24,000 bases of DNA. Source: Candidatus Geothermarchaeum rappei (GTDB lineage Archaea; Thermoproteota; Nitrososphaeria; Geothermarchaeales; JDFR-13). This document shows, piece by piece, positions 8,283 to 16,481 of the stretch. The first letter of the stretch is position 1. Each line of letters starts with the position of its first letter. The notes beneath the pieces are model-generated. The model searched no databases. It was not told where the DNA came from and saw only the letters and a program-made list of their open reading frames with translations. A program made the position numbers and the translations under genes. The stretch lies in NCBI GenBank assembly GCA_002011085.2, contig MTMB02000001.1, positions 1,559,547 through 1,583,546 on the forward strand. Reading direction: 5' to 3'.

Positions 8283-8932
8283 GCTTCCTAAAAAAACTGT
8301 ATCTGTTACTTCAGAAGGACTTTCTTGTAGAGCTAAGAAGATCTTATGAAATAATTTCTATAATTGCTTTCCCAATTGTAGCCACAGTTATATTTAGCAT
8401 TCTAAATCCTCAGGCATCAACAATGAATTCACTAAGTTTCATTCTTATAATTTCGTTGTTAGCAACACTGTTTATAACAACAACTTCATTCATAAGAGAA
8501 TACGAGAAGACAACCATCTATTATTTAAGATCATTACCCTTGACAGCAGCTACTCTCTTCACCGCAAAATATCTATATACATTTTTCATTGTATTACTTG
8601 TAACCCTCGCAACAACTGGCAGTATGGTAATATTTTCAGGTTTTCTGGAAATAAACATCTCTATACTAGCTCTTCTACTGCTGTATACAGCGAATTTAGC
8701 AGCCATTTCCTCATTTGTATCCGCTTTAACAATGTATTCTGAGGGTAAATACGTGTTAATACCACTTATAACAACCGTCTATTCCTTTCCAATCATCTTA
8801 TTATCATCATCCGTTATCAATAAGTTATCTATCTATGAAGAAATTTATTGGGAGCTTTCGATTCTTGGTCTTCATTTAATAGCATTTATGATATTTGCTG
8901 TTTTTCTATCTGAAATAATCATCGAAGAATGA
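8279..8932 (+). CDS. ccmB: Heme exporter membrane protein CcmB
   Basis: 217-aa, ~6-TM ORF. By eye it aligns to CcmB at FLVELRR near the N-terminus, at the LRSLPLTAATLF region, and at LIPL...FPIILL. It is translationally coupled to ccmA. Confidence 0.7.
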   Translation: MSFLKKLYLLLQKDFLVELRRSYEIISIIAFPIVATVIFSILNPQASTMNSLSFILIISLLATLFITTTSFIREYEKTTIYYLRSLPLTAATLFTAKYLYTFFIVLLVTLATTGSMVIFSGFLEINISILALLLLYTANLAAISSFVSALTMYSEGKYVLIPLITTVYSFPIILLSSSVINKLSIYEEIYWELSILGLHLIAFMIFAVFLSEIIIEE

Positions 8933-9046
8933 TTTACTATAGGCATGTGGTTAGACTTATATAGTAATTATATTTATTAGAAGAAAGCTTTTCTGGAGTG
9001 TTTTTAATTATTGAAGAGCATACTTGTACTGTCTAATATTATGTCC

Positions 9047-9271
9047 CTATTCTGGGTATTTACAGTGGATTACTCCCCGTATTCTCCTAGCGAAATACTC
9101 GCATACCATACATATCATAGGAGACTGCTCCTTACTGTTCATAGGACAAAAGAGAACCTCCTTTTTCATAAACTTCACTTTTCTCTCAATACCTAGCCTC
9201 TTGATTTCTTCCCTTATCTCTTTAGGCACTCTAATTGTTTTGTCAACTTTCTTCACAGGAATATGTCTCAT
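9047..9271 (-). CDS. Small hypothetical protein: RHH-like N-terminus plus Cys/His-rich C-terminus
   Basis: 74-aa ORF. KTIRVPKEIREEIKRLG resembles a ribbon-helix-helix strand-helix element. The C-terminal half contains C42, C54, C57, H70 and C71. An A+T-rich TATA-like element lies ~30 nt upstream. The overlapping plus-strand ORFs look like low-complexity noise. Confidence 0.4.
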   Translation of the reverse strand: MRHIPVKKVDKTIRVPKEIREEIKRLGIERKVKFMKKEVLFCPMNSKEQSPMICMVCEYFARRIRGVIHCKYPE

Positions 9272-9348
9272 GTTAAATATTAAGACCTAGATATGATATT
9301 TTACCTTTAACTATTATTCCAAGCTATTTGTGTTTATGGTGAATAAAA

Positions 9349-9915
9349 ATGGGTATTAAACCCTATGTTCTCTCTCCTTTTCTCAAGAAACTCATTTGGC
9401 TCGGTAAGAAAGCTTATAGTCATGGATATGTAGTAGCCAATGGGGGGAACCTGAGTTGCAGAATAGATGACTTTATAGTAATCAAAAAGAGCGGCTGTTC
9501 CTTGTCTTCATTAACTCCACGAGATTTCTTAATAACTTCTCTTAATAAAGAAAGGGTTAGAGAAGCCTCTATTGACTATAAAATACATCGGGCAATTTAC
9601 CTAAACAGTACATCCCTATTTGTATTGCATGCTCACCCCGAGAACGTGATTGCCCTCTCTATCCAAACAGGAGATTCTTTTTCTCCTCTGGATTTCGAGA
9701 GCAAATATTATCTTGGAAACAAAATTCCAATTGTCTCTGGAAACCATAAAAATATCCACAGAAAAATGGGTCTATTATCATCTGAAAATAAAATAATAAT
9801 AGAAAGAGGCCATGGTGTCTACATACATGGAAAAAGTGTTATAGAGTTATTCCGAAATTTGGAAAGGCTTGAGCATGCGGCGAAGGTAGTGTTAAAAAAC
9901 AGGGTTCTTGGATAA
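9349..9915 (+). CDS. Class II aldolase/adducin-family protein (fuculose-1-P aldolase / MtnB / Ald2-like)
   Basis: 188-aa ORF with ANGGNLS near the N-terminus, the metal-binding VLHAHP motif and a third His in ERGHGVY. These are typical class II aldolase-fold signatures. Confidence 0.75.
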   Translation: MGIKPYVLSPFLKKLIWLGKKAYSHGYVVANGGNLSCRIDDFIVIKKSGCSLSSLTPRDFLITSLNKERVREASIDYKIHRAIYLNSTSLFVLHAHPENVIALSIQTGDSFSPLDFESKYYLGNKIPIVSGNHKNIHRKMGLLSSENKIIIERGHGVYIHGKSVIELFRNLERLEHAAKVVLKNRVLG

Positions 9916-9919
9916 CGGT

Positions 9920-10957
9920 CTATCCTTCCTTCTCTATCCTGTTGAAAAGTCTATTGATACTTTCCTCAAATGGAGGATACAATACTTCATATTCAGTGAC
10001 TATGCCCGTTATATATTCTGGAGGGGTTTCATCGAAAGCTGGATTAAAAATTTTTATTGTCTTAGGCGCAATTTGACATTCAGAAACATATATAACTTCC
10101 TTTGGACTCCTCTCCTCTATTTCAACATCAGCTCTACTGCTTTTTAAATCGAAAGTTGATGTAGGAGCTACCGTATAAAACTCTATTCCCATTTCTCTAG
10201 CTAATATCGCAATCTGGAAAGTTCCTATCTTATTGTACAGTGTTCCGTCTCTCAATATCCTGTCTGCTCCCAACAATACTTTGGTTATCCCTTTTGTCTT
10301 CATAGTATGTGCCACGGCGGTATCTGGTATCAGATATGCGTCTACTCCCTCCCTCACTAACTCGAATGCAGTTAATCTGGCACCTTGTAATTTAGGTCTT
10401 GTCTCTGTAGCATATACCTTAATTTTCTTACCAAGCCTATGGGCCATTATAATTACGCCTAGTGCAGTCCCTATTGAAACTGTTGCCAAAGAGCCTGTAT
10501 TACAATGCGTCAAAATTACGTCTCCATCTTCAATAATTGATTGTCCAACTTCTGCCATTCTTTTATTTATCTCGATATCTTTCCTCATCATTTCAACTGC
10601 ATATTCTATAGCTGCTTTTGCAGGATCAAGGGATTTCTCCGCCACTTCTAGTACTCTATCAATAGCGTTGAAAAGATTAACTGCAGTTGGACGTGTTTTT
10701 CTCAATATCTCAGCAGCTTTATGTAGCTCCGAAAGTATTCTTTCACCTCTATCATGCCTATATTTATAGGCTACTAAAGCGAGTCCCAACGCTGCTGTAA
10801 CACCTATTAAGGGGGCTCCCCTTACACGCATACTTATAATTGCCTCTGCTACATCATCTACAGTCTCCAATGTTTTATAGACAAGTTTTTTAGGAAGCTT
10901 TGTCTGATCTATGATAACTATCTTACCATCCTTCCAGTAAATGCTTTGTAAAGGCAT
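9920..10957 (-). CDS. mtnA: S-methyl-5-thioribose-1-phosphate isomerase-like protein (MtnA / aIF-2B-related family)
   Basis: 345-aa ORF. The N-terminus, IYWKDGKIVIIDQTKLP...ISMRVRGAPLIGVTAA, is characteristic of the MtnA branch of the eIF-2B alpha/beta/delta family. A C-terminal GADRI motif is also present. Confidence 0.8.
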   Translation of the reverse strand: MPLQSIYWKDGKIVIIDQTKLPKKLVYKTLETVDDVAEAIISMRVRGAPLIGVTAALGLALVAYKYRHDRGERILSELHKAAEILRKTRPTAVNLFNAIDRVLEVAEKSLDPAKAAIEYAVEMMRKDIEINKRMAEVGQSIIEDGDVILTHCNTGSLATVSIGTALGVIIMAHRLGKKIKVYATETRPKLQGARLTAFELVREGVDAYLIPDTAVAHTMKTKGITKVLLGADRILRDGTLYNKIGTFQIAILAREMGIEFYTVAPTSTFDLKSSRADVEIEERSPKEVIYVSECQIAPKTIKIFNPAFDETPPEYITGIVTEYEVLYPPFEESINRLFNRIEKEG

Positions 10958-11054
10958 AAATAAATAATCTGTTAATGAGTTAGAAAAATATGTATCATTG
11001 TGATGCGTAAACTATTATATTGAGCTAGACAATTGTTTTAATTCTGGATGGGGT

Positions 11055-11570
11055 ATGAAAATTAGTTTCAAGAAGGATGGAGTAGTCATCACTGGAAAAG
11101 ATCTCTCTTCTAAACTTCATAGATTTGGGGAGCCTAAAGGGAACGGAATATTGATTCCTAGGCTTGCCTTCCTATACATGATTGAAAAAGGCATAATTAC
11201 AGAGAATGAAAGCGATATATTTGAATATGATTTCCAAGTTGTTTTAAAACGGTTCAAGAGAAACGATCCCAAAATATTTTCCAAGTATCTTATTTTCAGA
11301 GACCTTGTTGATAGAGGATATATGGTGATCGAAGGATACGGTAAGGATATTGATCTCCTAGTTTATGATAAGGGAGATTATCCAGAGAAACCTCCGTCAA
11401 TTAGAGTTATCGGAGTCGAGGAAGGCGAGCATATAAAGGTGAGTAAAATAGTGGATGAACTACATTTTAGTAATTTAAATAAAAAACGTCTAGTCGTCGC
11501 AGTAATAGAGCGAAGAGGAGAAGTTATATATTACGACATTAGAAGTAGCTTCGGGGATGTGGATGAGTAA
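11055..11570 (+). CDS. endA: tRNA-splicing endonuclease subunit, probably the non-catalytic structural (beta) subunit
   Basis: 171-aa ORF with the EndA C-terminal domain pattern (DIDLLVYDKG...RLVVAVIERRGEVIYYDI). At the position where catalytic subunits carry the His (HSxYxV), this protein has PPSIRV. Confidence 0.7.
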   Translation: MKISFKKDGVVITGKDLSSKLHRFGEPKGNGILIPRLAFLYMIEKGIITENESDIFEYDFQVVLKRFKRNDPKIFSKYLIFRDLVDRGYMVIEGYGKDIDLLVYDKGDYPEKPPSIRVIGVEEGEHIKVSKIVDELHFSNLNKKRLVVAVIERRGEVIYYDIRSSFGDVDE

Positions 11571-12411
11571 GATACACGGTTTTATACAGTTAATGCGAGT
11601 TCCTAATGATATAGTGATAGGGCTAGCTGTTATAGTGGGTGAGGTAATGGGCGTAGGCACCCTCCCAAACCCAAACATCGTTTTACTAGGATTCCTCAGT
11701 GGATTCTTCACCTGTGCATCCATTATGGTTTTAAATGATGTTTTCGATATAGATATAGATAAAATAAACGCGCCTTCCCGTCCCCTTCCAAGCGGGTTGG
11801 TAAGTATCTCATCCGCAACCATATTTTCAATTTTCCTATTTATAATCGGTGCATTTACGTCTGTTTTACTTTCTACACTAAATTTAATTATAGTAGTTAT
11901 ATTCTGGCTGTTGGGTGTTCTGTATAATTGGCGGCTTAAAAAAACCGGTTTTCTTGGGAATGTAGTCGTGTCTCTTTCTGTAGCTATTCCCTTCTTCTAC
12001 GGTGCAGTAGCGATAGGACGGGGAATGGATCTACTTGTATTACTATTCTCTTCTATGGCTTTCTTGACCAATCTAGGTAGGGAGATTATAAAAGGTATAA
12101 TGGATGTTAAAGGGGACTTGGAAGGGGGAGTTATGACGATAGCCGTAAAATACGGTGCATCAACAGCCTACTACCTATCAACTTTTCTTATTCTAATAGC
12201 TGTTTCGATAAGCCCCATCCCCATTATCCTAAATATTGTTAATGTCTTTTTATACACTCCCCTAGTAGTGCTGACGGATATATTTCTCTTATACGCAGTT
12301 TTTAAGGCACGTACTAAAGAGCATAAAAATCTCTATGAGTCTAAAAAGCTTATTCTATATGGAATGTTTATCGGTATATTAGCCTTCATGTTCGGTGTTA
12401 TAACACTATAA
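11557..12411 (+). CDS. UbiA-family prenyltransferase, most likely digeranylgeranylglyceryl phosphate (DGGGP) synthase
   Basis: 284-aa polytopic ORF. The first Asp-rich motif is NDVFDIDIDKINAPSRPLPSG and the second is GIMDVKGDLEGGVMTIAV. Size and motifs fit archaeal DGGGP synthases better than heme O synthase. Confidence 0.65.
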   Translation: MWMSKIHGFIQLMRVPNDIVIGLAVIVGEVMGVGTLPNPNIVLLGFLSGFFTCASIMVLNDVFDIDIDKINAPSRPLPSGLVSISSATIFSIFLFIIGAFTSVLLSTLNLIIVVIFWLLGVLYNWRLKKTGFLGNVVVSLSVAIPFFYGAVAIGRGMDLLVLLFSSMAFLTNLGREIIKGIMDVKGDLEGGVMTIAVKYGASTAYYLSTFLILIAVSISPIPIILNIVNVFLYTPLVVLTDIFLLYAVFKARTKEHKNLYESKKLILYGMFIGILAFMFGVITL

Positions 12412-12509
12412 CTATCTCTCTTTTTATGGCCAAATGACAATATTATTATTTTTGACTTAACTCCCATGTTATGTAAATATTTGTAATAGATGGTGCTGGT
12501 GAAGATATC

Positions 12510-13787
12510 GTGAGTAAGAAAAACCGTTTAGGGTTACCTAGAGGAATACGGGATATCTCTCCAGATAAATATGAGTTGTATCTATGGTTATTGGACCGGT
12601 TTAGGGCGATATGTAACAAATATAATTACAAGGTGATGGAACCTGCCACCTTAGAGTTCTTCGAAACATTATCCCTTAAATCAGGTCCAGATATTGCAAA
12701 CGAAATATACGAGTTTAAAGATAAGGCAGACCGTCATCTAGGTCTTAGATTTGATTTAACAGTTGGTTTAACAAGATATGTTACCTCTCATCCTGAGTTA
12801 CCTAAACCTATTAGACTAGCTGCTTACTCGGTTCAATGGCGATATGATGAGCCTCAATTTGGAAGATACAGAAGTTTCTATGCATGGGATATAGAAATAT
12901 ACGGAGGTAACGAAATATATTCATCTGCGGAAGTAATTCTCCTAGTAGATAAACTTCTAAAATCAATCGGTCTAAAACATTACGAAATAAGGATTTCTGA
13001 TAGGCGTTTAGTGGAAAACGTCATAAAATATTTTTCTCCCAACGGTAATGTTCCTGCAATTATGCGAGCCTTAGATAAATGGGGTAAGATCGATAAGAGT
13101 GAGATCATCTCCCTGATTAATAGAGCAGGGGGCGATAATATTGATGATATGCTCTCTCTTCTTTTTGAGTCGAAGGAAAGTGACTTTCTATCTATAATTA
13201 ATAAATTCGGCGGAAAAATCTTGGAGAAGGTGTATGCTATACTAAAAGATGACTTGTCTGTAGATAGGGTCCGCCTCGACCCAAGTATAGTTAGAGGGTT
13301 AGATTATTATGATGGAATTGTTTTCGAAGTAAAGTCAAAAAAGGGTGTGGAAATCGGGTCTATAGTCGGTGGAGGTAGCTTCTCTAAGCTAGTAAGCCTA
13401 TTTGGAGGAGATATGAATGCATTTGGTGCTGCTGGAGGTGTAGAACGCCTACTTTTAGCTCTTGAAAAAGAGGGAGTAAAGATAGATCTAAAAAAACCAC
13501 CTTTAGTCTTAGTTATTCCATTGGAAGAGGAGCTGATAACGTATTCCATAAAGTTATCTGAGAAACTAAGAGACTTATCTAACGCTAGAATCGAGTCACC
13601 AGTTTTATATCGATCTTTAAAGAAGTATCTTCAGTATGCAAATAAAATAACAGCAGATTACGTTATCTTCATTGGAAAAGCTGAGGCATCTACAGGTAAA
13701 ATAAAATTAAGAGATATGAATAAAAGGATGGAATATACCGTTTCCATCGAGGAAGCCGCTGAGATTCTATCTAAAGAGAAGGATTAG
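12510..13787 (+). CDS. hisS: Histidyl-tRNA synthetase
   Basis: 425-aa ORF with a GTG start. It has the class II motifs: PRGIRD near the N-terminus, motif 2 WRYDEPQFGRYRSFYAWDIEIYG, motif 3 GGGSF...GAAGGVERL, and a C-terminal anticodon-binding domain. Confidence 0.9.
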   Translation: MSKKNRLGLPRGIRDISPDKYELYLWLLDRFRAICNKYNYKVMEPATLEFFETLSLKSGPDIANEIYEFKDKADRHLGLRFDLTVGLTRYVTSHPELPKPIRLAAYSVQWRYDEPQFGRYRSFYAWDIEIYGGNEIYSSAEVILLVDKLLKSIGLKHYEIRISDRRLVENVIKYFSPNGNVPAIMRALDKWGKIDKSEIISLINRAGGDNIDDMLSLLFESKESDFLSIINKFGGKILEKVYAILKDDLSVDRVRLDPSIVRGLDYYDGIVFEVKSKKGVEIGSIVGGGSFSKLVSLFGGDMNAFGAAGGVERLLLALEKEGVKIDLKKPPLVLVIPLEEELITYSIKLSEKLRDLSNARIESPVLYRSLKKYLQYANKITADYVIFIGKAEASTGKIKLRDMNKRMEYTVSIEEAAEILSKEKD

Positions 13788-14567
13788 TCTATCCCCTGGT
13801 TTTACACCACCGAGTATCTCCGCTGCGCTCTTCATATTACCTACTATTTCAAGCATTTCGCTACTACCTATTAAGATGCCTAACTCTCTCCGTTTAATCT
13901 CGCCGAATACAGTTACTTTCTCAACTATAATCTCTTTATCACTATATTTCACAGACTTTATTTTATCGGCTACTTTATCATATAGAGCACCCGGGACATT
14001 AGTGATTATGTTTCCAAATCTATCTATGTGTATAACATATGCAATTAATCCATCTGTCTTTACTTCTGGGTTAGGCCAAGCTTGGCTTATTATGCTATTA
14101 AGATTTATTAATCGGCCAAGTTCCTCGACTCTAACTCCTTTAGAGAGATATGCTGCTGTAGGTGCATATATGTCTCTACCATGGAATGTTGATGAGATTT
14201 CGTGTTTGTAGAGATGAGTCTCGATATTAATTTCAAATACTCTTTCTAATCCGTCTCTATGAGCCGCAGGATATAATAATCCATTATCAGGTCCAATCAA
14301 AAAATGGTTTCTTGTTTCAATGATTATATTCCTCCTATCTGTTCCCACACCTGGATCTACTACTCCAACTATAATTGAGTTTTTAGGAAGATGTGGGATT
14401 ATCTGCCATAGAATAAATCCCCCCTCAGAAATATTCCATGGAGCCACATTATGTGTTATATCAACTATCTCAGCCCCTGGATTTATCGATAGAATAATTG
14501 CTTTCATCGCGGCAACATAATAATCTCTATACCCAAAATCTGTGAGTAAAAAGATAGGCCTTCTCAT
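13767..14567 (-). CDS. S-adenosyl-L-methionine hydroxide adenosyltransferase (DUF62; fluorinase/chlorinase-related SAM hydrolase family)
   Basis: 266-aa ORF. Its N-terminus, IFLLTDFGYRDYYVAAMKAIILSINPGAEIVDITHNV, matches the family hallmark (TDFG...Y.G.mkgvi...ivDitH). The 3' end overlaps the hisS 3' end convergently by 21 bp. Confidence 0.8.
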   Translation of the reverse strand: MRRPIFLLTDFGYRDYYVAAMKAIILSINPGAEIVDITHNVAPWNISEGGFILWQIIPHLPKNSIIVGVVDPGVGTDRRNIIIETRNHFLIGPDNGLLYPAAHRDGLERVFEINIETHLYKHEISSTFHGRDIYAPTAAYLSKGVRVEELGRLINLNSIISQAWPNPEVKTDGLIAYVIHIDRFGNIITNVPGALYDKVADKIKSVKYSDKEIIVEKVTVFGEIKRRELGILIGSSEMLEIVGNMKSAAEILGGVKPGDRLILLFR

Positions 14568-14646
14568 ATTTCTCCCCCCTACTTCATAAACAACGAACCT
14601 AGCTATAAACTAGACAAGAATATACATAGGTCTAGCAATAGGTGAG

Positions 14647-14739
14647 TGGCGGACCCGCGGGGATTTGAACCCCGGACCGCCGGCTCCCTCCCGGTTCTGA
14701 TAGGAGGCCGGCGCCCTATCCAGGCTAGGCTACGGGTCC
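14647..14739 (-). tRNA. tRNA-Arg (anticodon CCT) with a 15-nt intron at 37/38 (14686-14700), 3' CCA encoded
   Basis: The reverse complement reads GGACCCG TA GCCT...GGGC G CCGGC CTCCTA[TCAGAACCGGGAGGG]A GCCGG CGGTC CGGGG TTCAAAT CCCCG CGGGTCC G CCA. The body is nearly identical to tRNA-Arg(TCG) at 3645. Confidence 0.9.
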
Positions 14740-14813
14740 AATCAAACTATTTAATTAAAATTTAAAATAACTTTTAAATTAATTTTGTATGGAACAACGG
14801 GCCAGATATATAT
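14740..14813. promoter_or_regulatory. A+T-rich divergent promoter spacer shared by tRNA-Arg(CCT) and tRNA-Leu(TAA)
   Basis: A 74-nt, almost purely A/T spacer (TTTAATTAAAATTTAAAATAAC...) lies between the two divergently oriented tRNA 5' ends. TATA-like elements sit ~25-35 nt from each. This is motif-only evidence. Confidence 0.4.
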
Positions 14814-14928
14814 GCGGGGGTTCCCCTAGCCTGGCCAACGGGGGCGGACTTAAGATCTCACCGTGTAGGTGATATAAGAGATCCGCTGGCAGAGGCCTTC
14901 GTGGGTTCAAATCCCACCCCCCGCACCA
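14814..14928 (+). tRNA. tRNA-Leu (anticodon TAA) with a 26-nt intron at 37/38 (14855-14880), long variable arm, 3' CCA encoded
   Basis: GCGGGGG TT CCC...GGG G GCGGA CTTAAG[ATCTCACCGTGTAGGTGATATAAGAG]A TCCGC TGGCAGAGGCCTTC GTGGG TTCAAAT CCCAC CCCCCGC A CCA. This is a class II tRNA with an extra arm. Confidence 0.9.
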
Positions 14929-14929
14929 C

Positions 14930-16138
14930 CTAATCTTTTTTCTTTTCTAATTTGTTTGAGAATATCCATACACCGATAGTCGTTACTATGTTCGTTAAAA
15001 TTATTATATAGGTTATAAGCGACATAAAGACTAAATTCAAGTCTAGGTTGTATCTAAGGAGATAAATACTCAATGTTGCGGGAACCATGCCTTGTGCACA
15101 CATAACGGTTATTATCATCCTCTCTCTTTTAATAGGCGAGTTATAAGTTGCTAGAGAAACAGCGAGATAGCGCGTAAATAGAAGTATCAATAGGAAGAAT
15201 CCACTATATATCAGTCCTATGTATATAAAACTAGGGTCGACTATGAATACAAGCCCCAAAAAAACAAAGAAGAATGTTTCTAATAGGAATGATATTTCAT
15301 CCTGAAATCTCCTCAGGCCTGATATAACACTACTCATATCCCCGTATGTCTCGATGATTCTTGATATCATTTTATAGTTGGATAACAGCAGTCCGAAGAT
15401 AAGCACCCCGAGCTCACCATTTCCACCTAACCATTTTACAGTCGCGTATATCACTAGTACAAGCCCGATGGTTAATACATAAGTGTACTCTTCCTCCCTA
15501 AACCTGAACAACATTTTAATAGATATTAGAGATAGGAACAGTCCCACGATTAAGGCTATCGAGAAGCTACTGGCTATCATTGTTGTAGCTGCATATATGT
15601 CAGCTGATCCAACCAGCCACTGGTTTAGAAAGACAAAAAACAAGACTATAGTTATTATTGTGCTAATTGCAGTCTCTAACGTTAGAAGTGATTTAACTTC
15701 GTCAGACAGGCCTAGAGAAAAAGCTAGTGGCACTACGACTGCTGCAGTTATCTCTCCCCCTGTCATAGAACTAAATATAAACGACTCTACCAAAGGCCAG
15801 CCTAGAAATATATTACATACTAATCCTATCAAAAACACACTTGATAAAATATAGGTTGAAGACTGCATCAATGCCCGACCGCTCTGAGAAACTATATCCT
15901 TGATGCTTAGATGCAATCCACTATAAAACGTGACCATTATAAGAGTGAAACTACTGAATATCTCCATTAATGGAATGAACGCTTCTCGATCCACGAATCC
16001 CAATGGAGCTATTAATATGCCCACGAAGATCAGTAGTAGAAAAGACGGTATATTTGTCCTCTTGAAGAAAATATGGCTTAAAAAACCAAGCAAAATAATA
16101 GTGGCCATGATGAAAAACACAAATATTTCACTGATCAT
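14930..16138 (-). CDS. Cation:proton antiporter (Na+/H+ exchanger family)
   Basis: 402-aa ORF with ~11-12 hydrophobic segments. The N-terminus, LLGFLSHIFFKRTNIPSFLLLIFVGILIAPLGF, resembles the first TM pair of CPA-type exchangers. Its stop codon abuts the tRNA-Leu 3' end by 1 nt. Confidence 0.6.
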   Translation of the reverse strand: MISEIFVFFIMATIILLGFLSHIFFKRTNIPSFLLLIFVGILIAPLGFVDREAFIPLMEIFSSFTLIMVTFYSGLHLSIKDIVSQSGRALMQSSTYILSSVFLIGLVCNIFLGWPLVESFIFSSMTGGEITAAVVVPLAFSLGLSDEVKSLLTLETAISTIITIVLFFVFLNQWLVGSADIYAATTMIASSFSIALIVGLFLSLISIKMLFRFREEEYTYVLTIGLVLVIYATVKWLGGNGELGVLIFGLLLSNYKMISRIIETYGDMSSVISGLRRFQDEISFLLETFFFVFLGLVFIVDPSFIYIGLIYSGFFLLILLFTRYLAVSLATYNSPIKRERMIITVMCAQGMVPATLSIYLLRYNLDLNLVFMSLITYIIILTNIVTTIGVWIFSNKLEKKKD

Positions 16139-16305
16139 ATAGGGTCATCATCCAAATAAGACGATACCTACATATCCAAAGAAATATATCGTAAAATTAT
16201 AATTTAATACGTTTCACATTTTTGGTATCATTAAAAGAAAATTGTTTATTTCGTGCGAAATCAATAAAAACTATGTACATTAGCTATGCAAGTAATATGG
16301 TTATG

Positions 16306-16379
16306 CGGGCCCGGCGGGATTCGAACCCGCGACCCCCGGGTTAAGAGCCCGGTGCTCTCCCTGGCTAAGCTACGGGCCC
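16306..16379 (-). tRNA. tRNA-Lys (anticodon CTT), no intron, CCA not encoded
   Basis: The reverse complement reads GGGCCCG TA GCTT AGCCAGGGA GAGC A CCGGG CTCTTAA CCCGG GGGTC GCGGG TTCGAAT CCCGC CGGGCCC G. Confidence 0.9.
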
Positions 16380-16481
16380 GTTTTTACTTAGAATATGTCT
16401 GTTCGAGCTTATCCTCTTATATTAATTACTTGACTACTTTATAAAATTCTCACTCTCTGAAATTAAACAAGACGTGGTGTA

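Noticed and set aside
3645-14739. Two near-identical tRNA-Arg genes in inverted orientation bracket ~11 kb (the ccm operon to the DUF62 gene), and two near-identical tRNA-Leu genes in direct orientation bracket 14814-21407. These could be island or inversion boundaries.
   Set aside because: The similarity is explained by isoacceptor relatedness. The enclosed genes are core housekeeping with the same composition as the flanks, and there are no integrase, att duplication or mobile-element genes.
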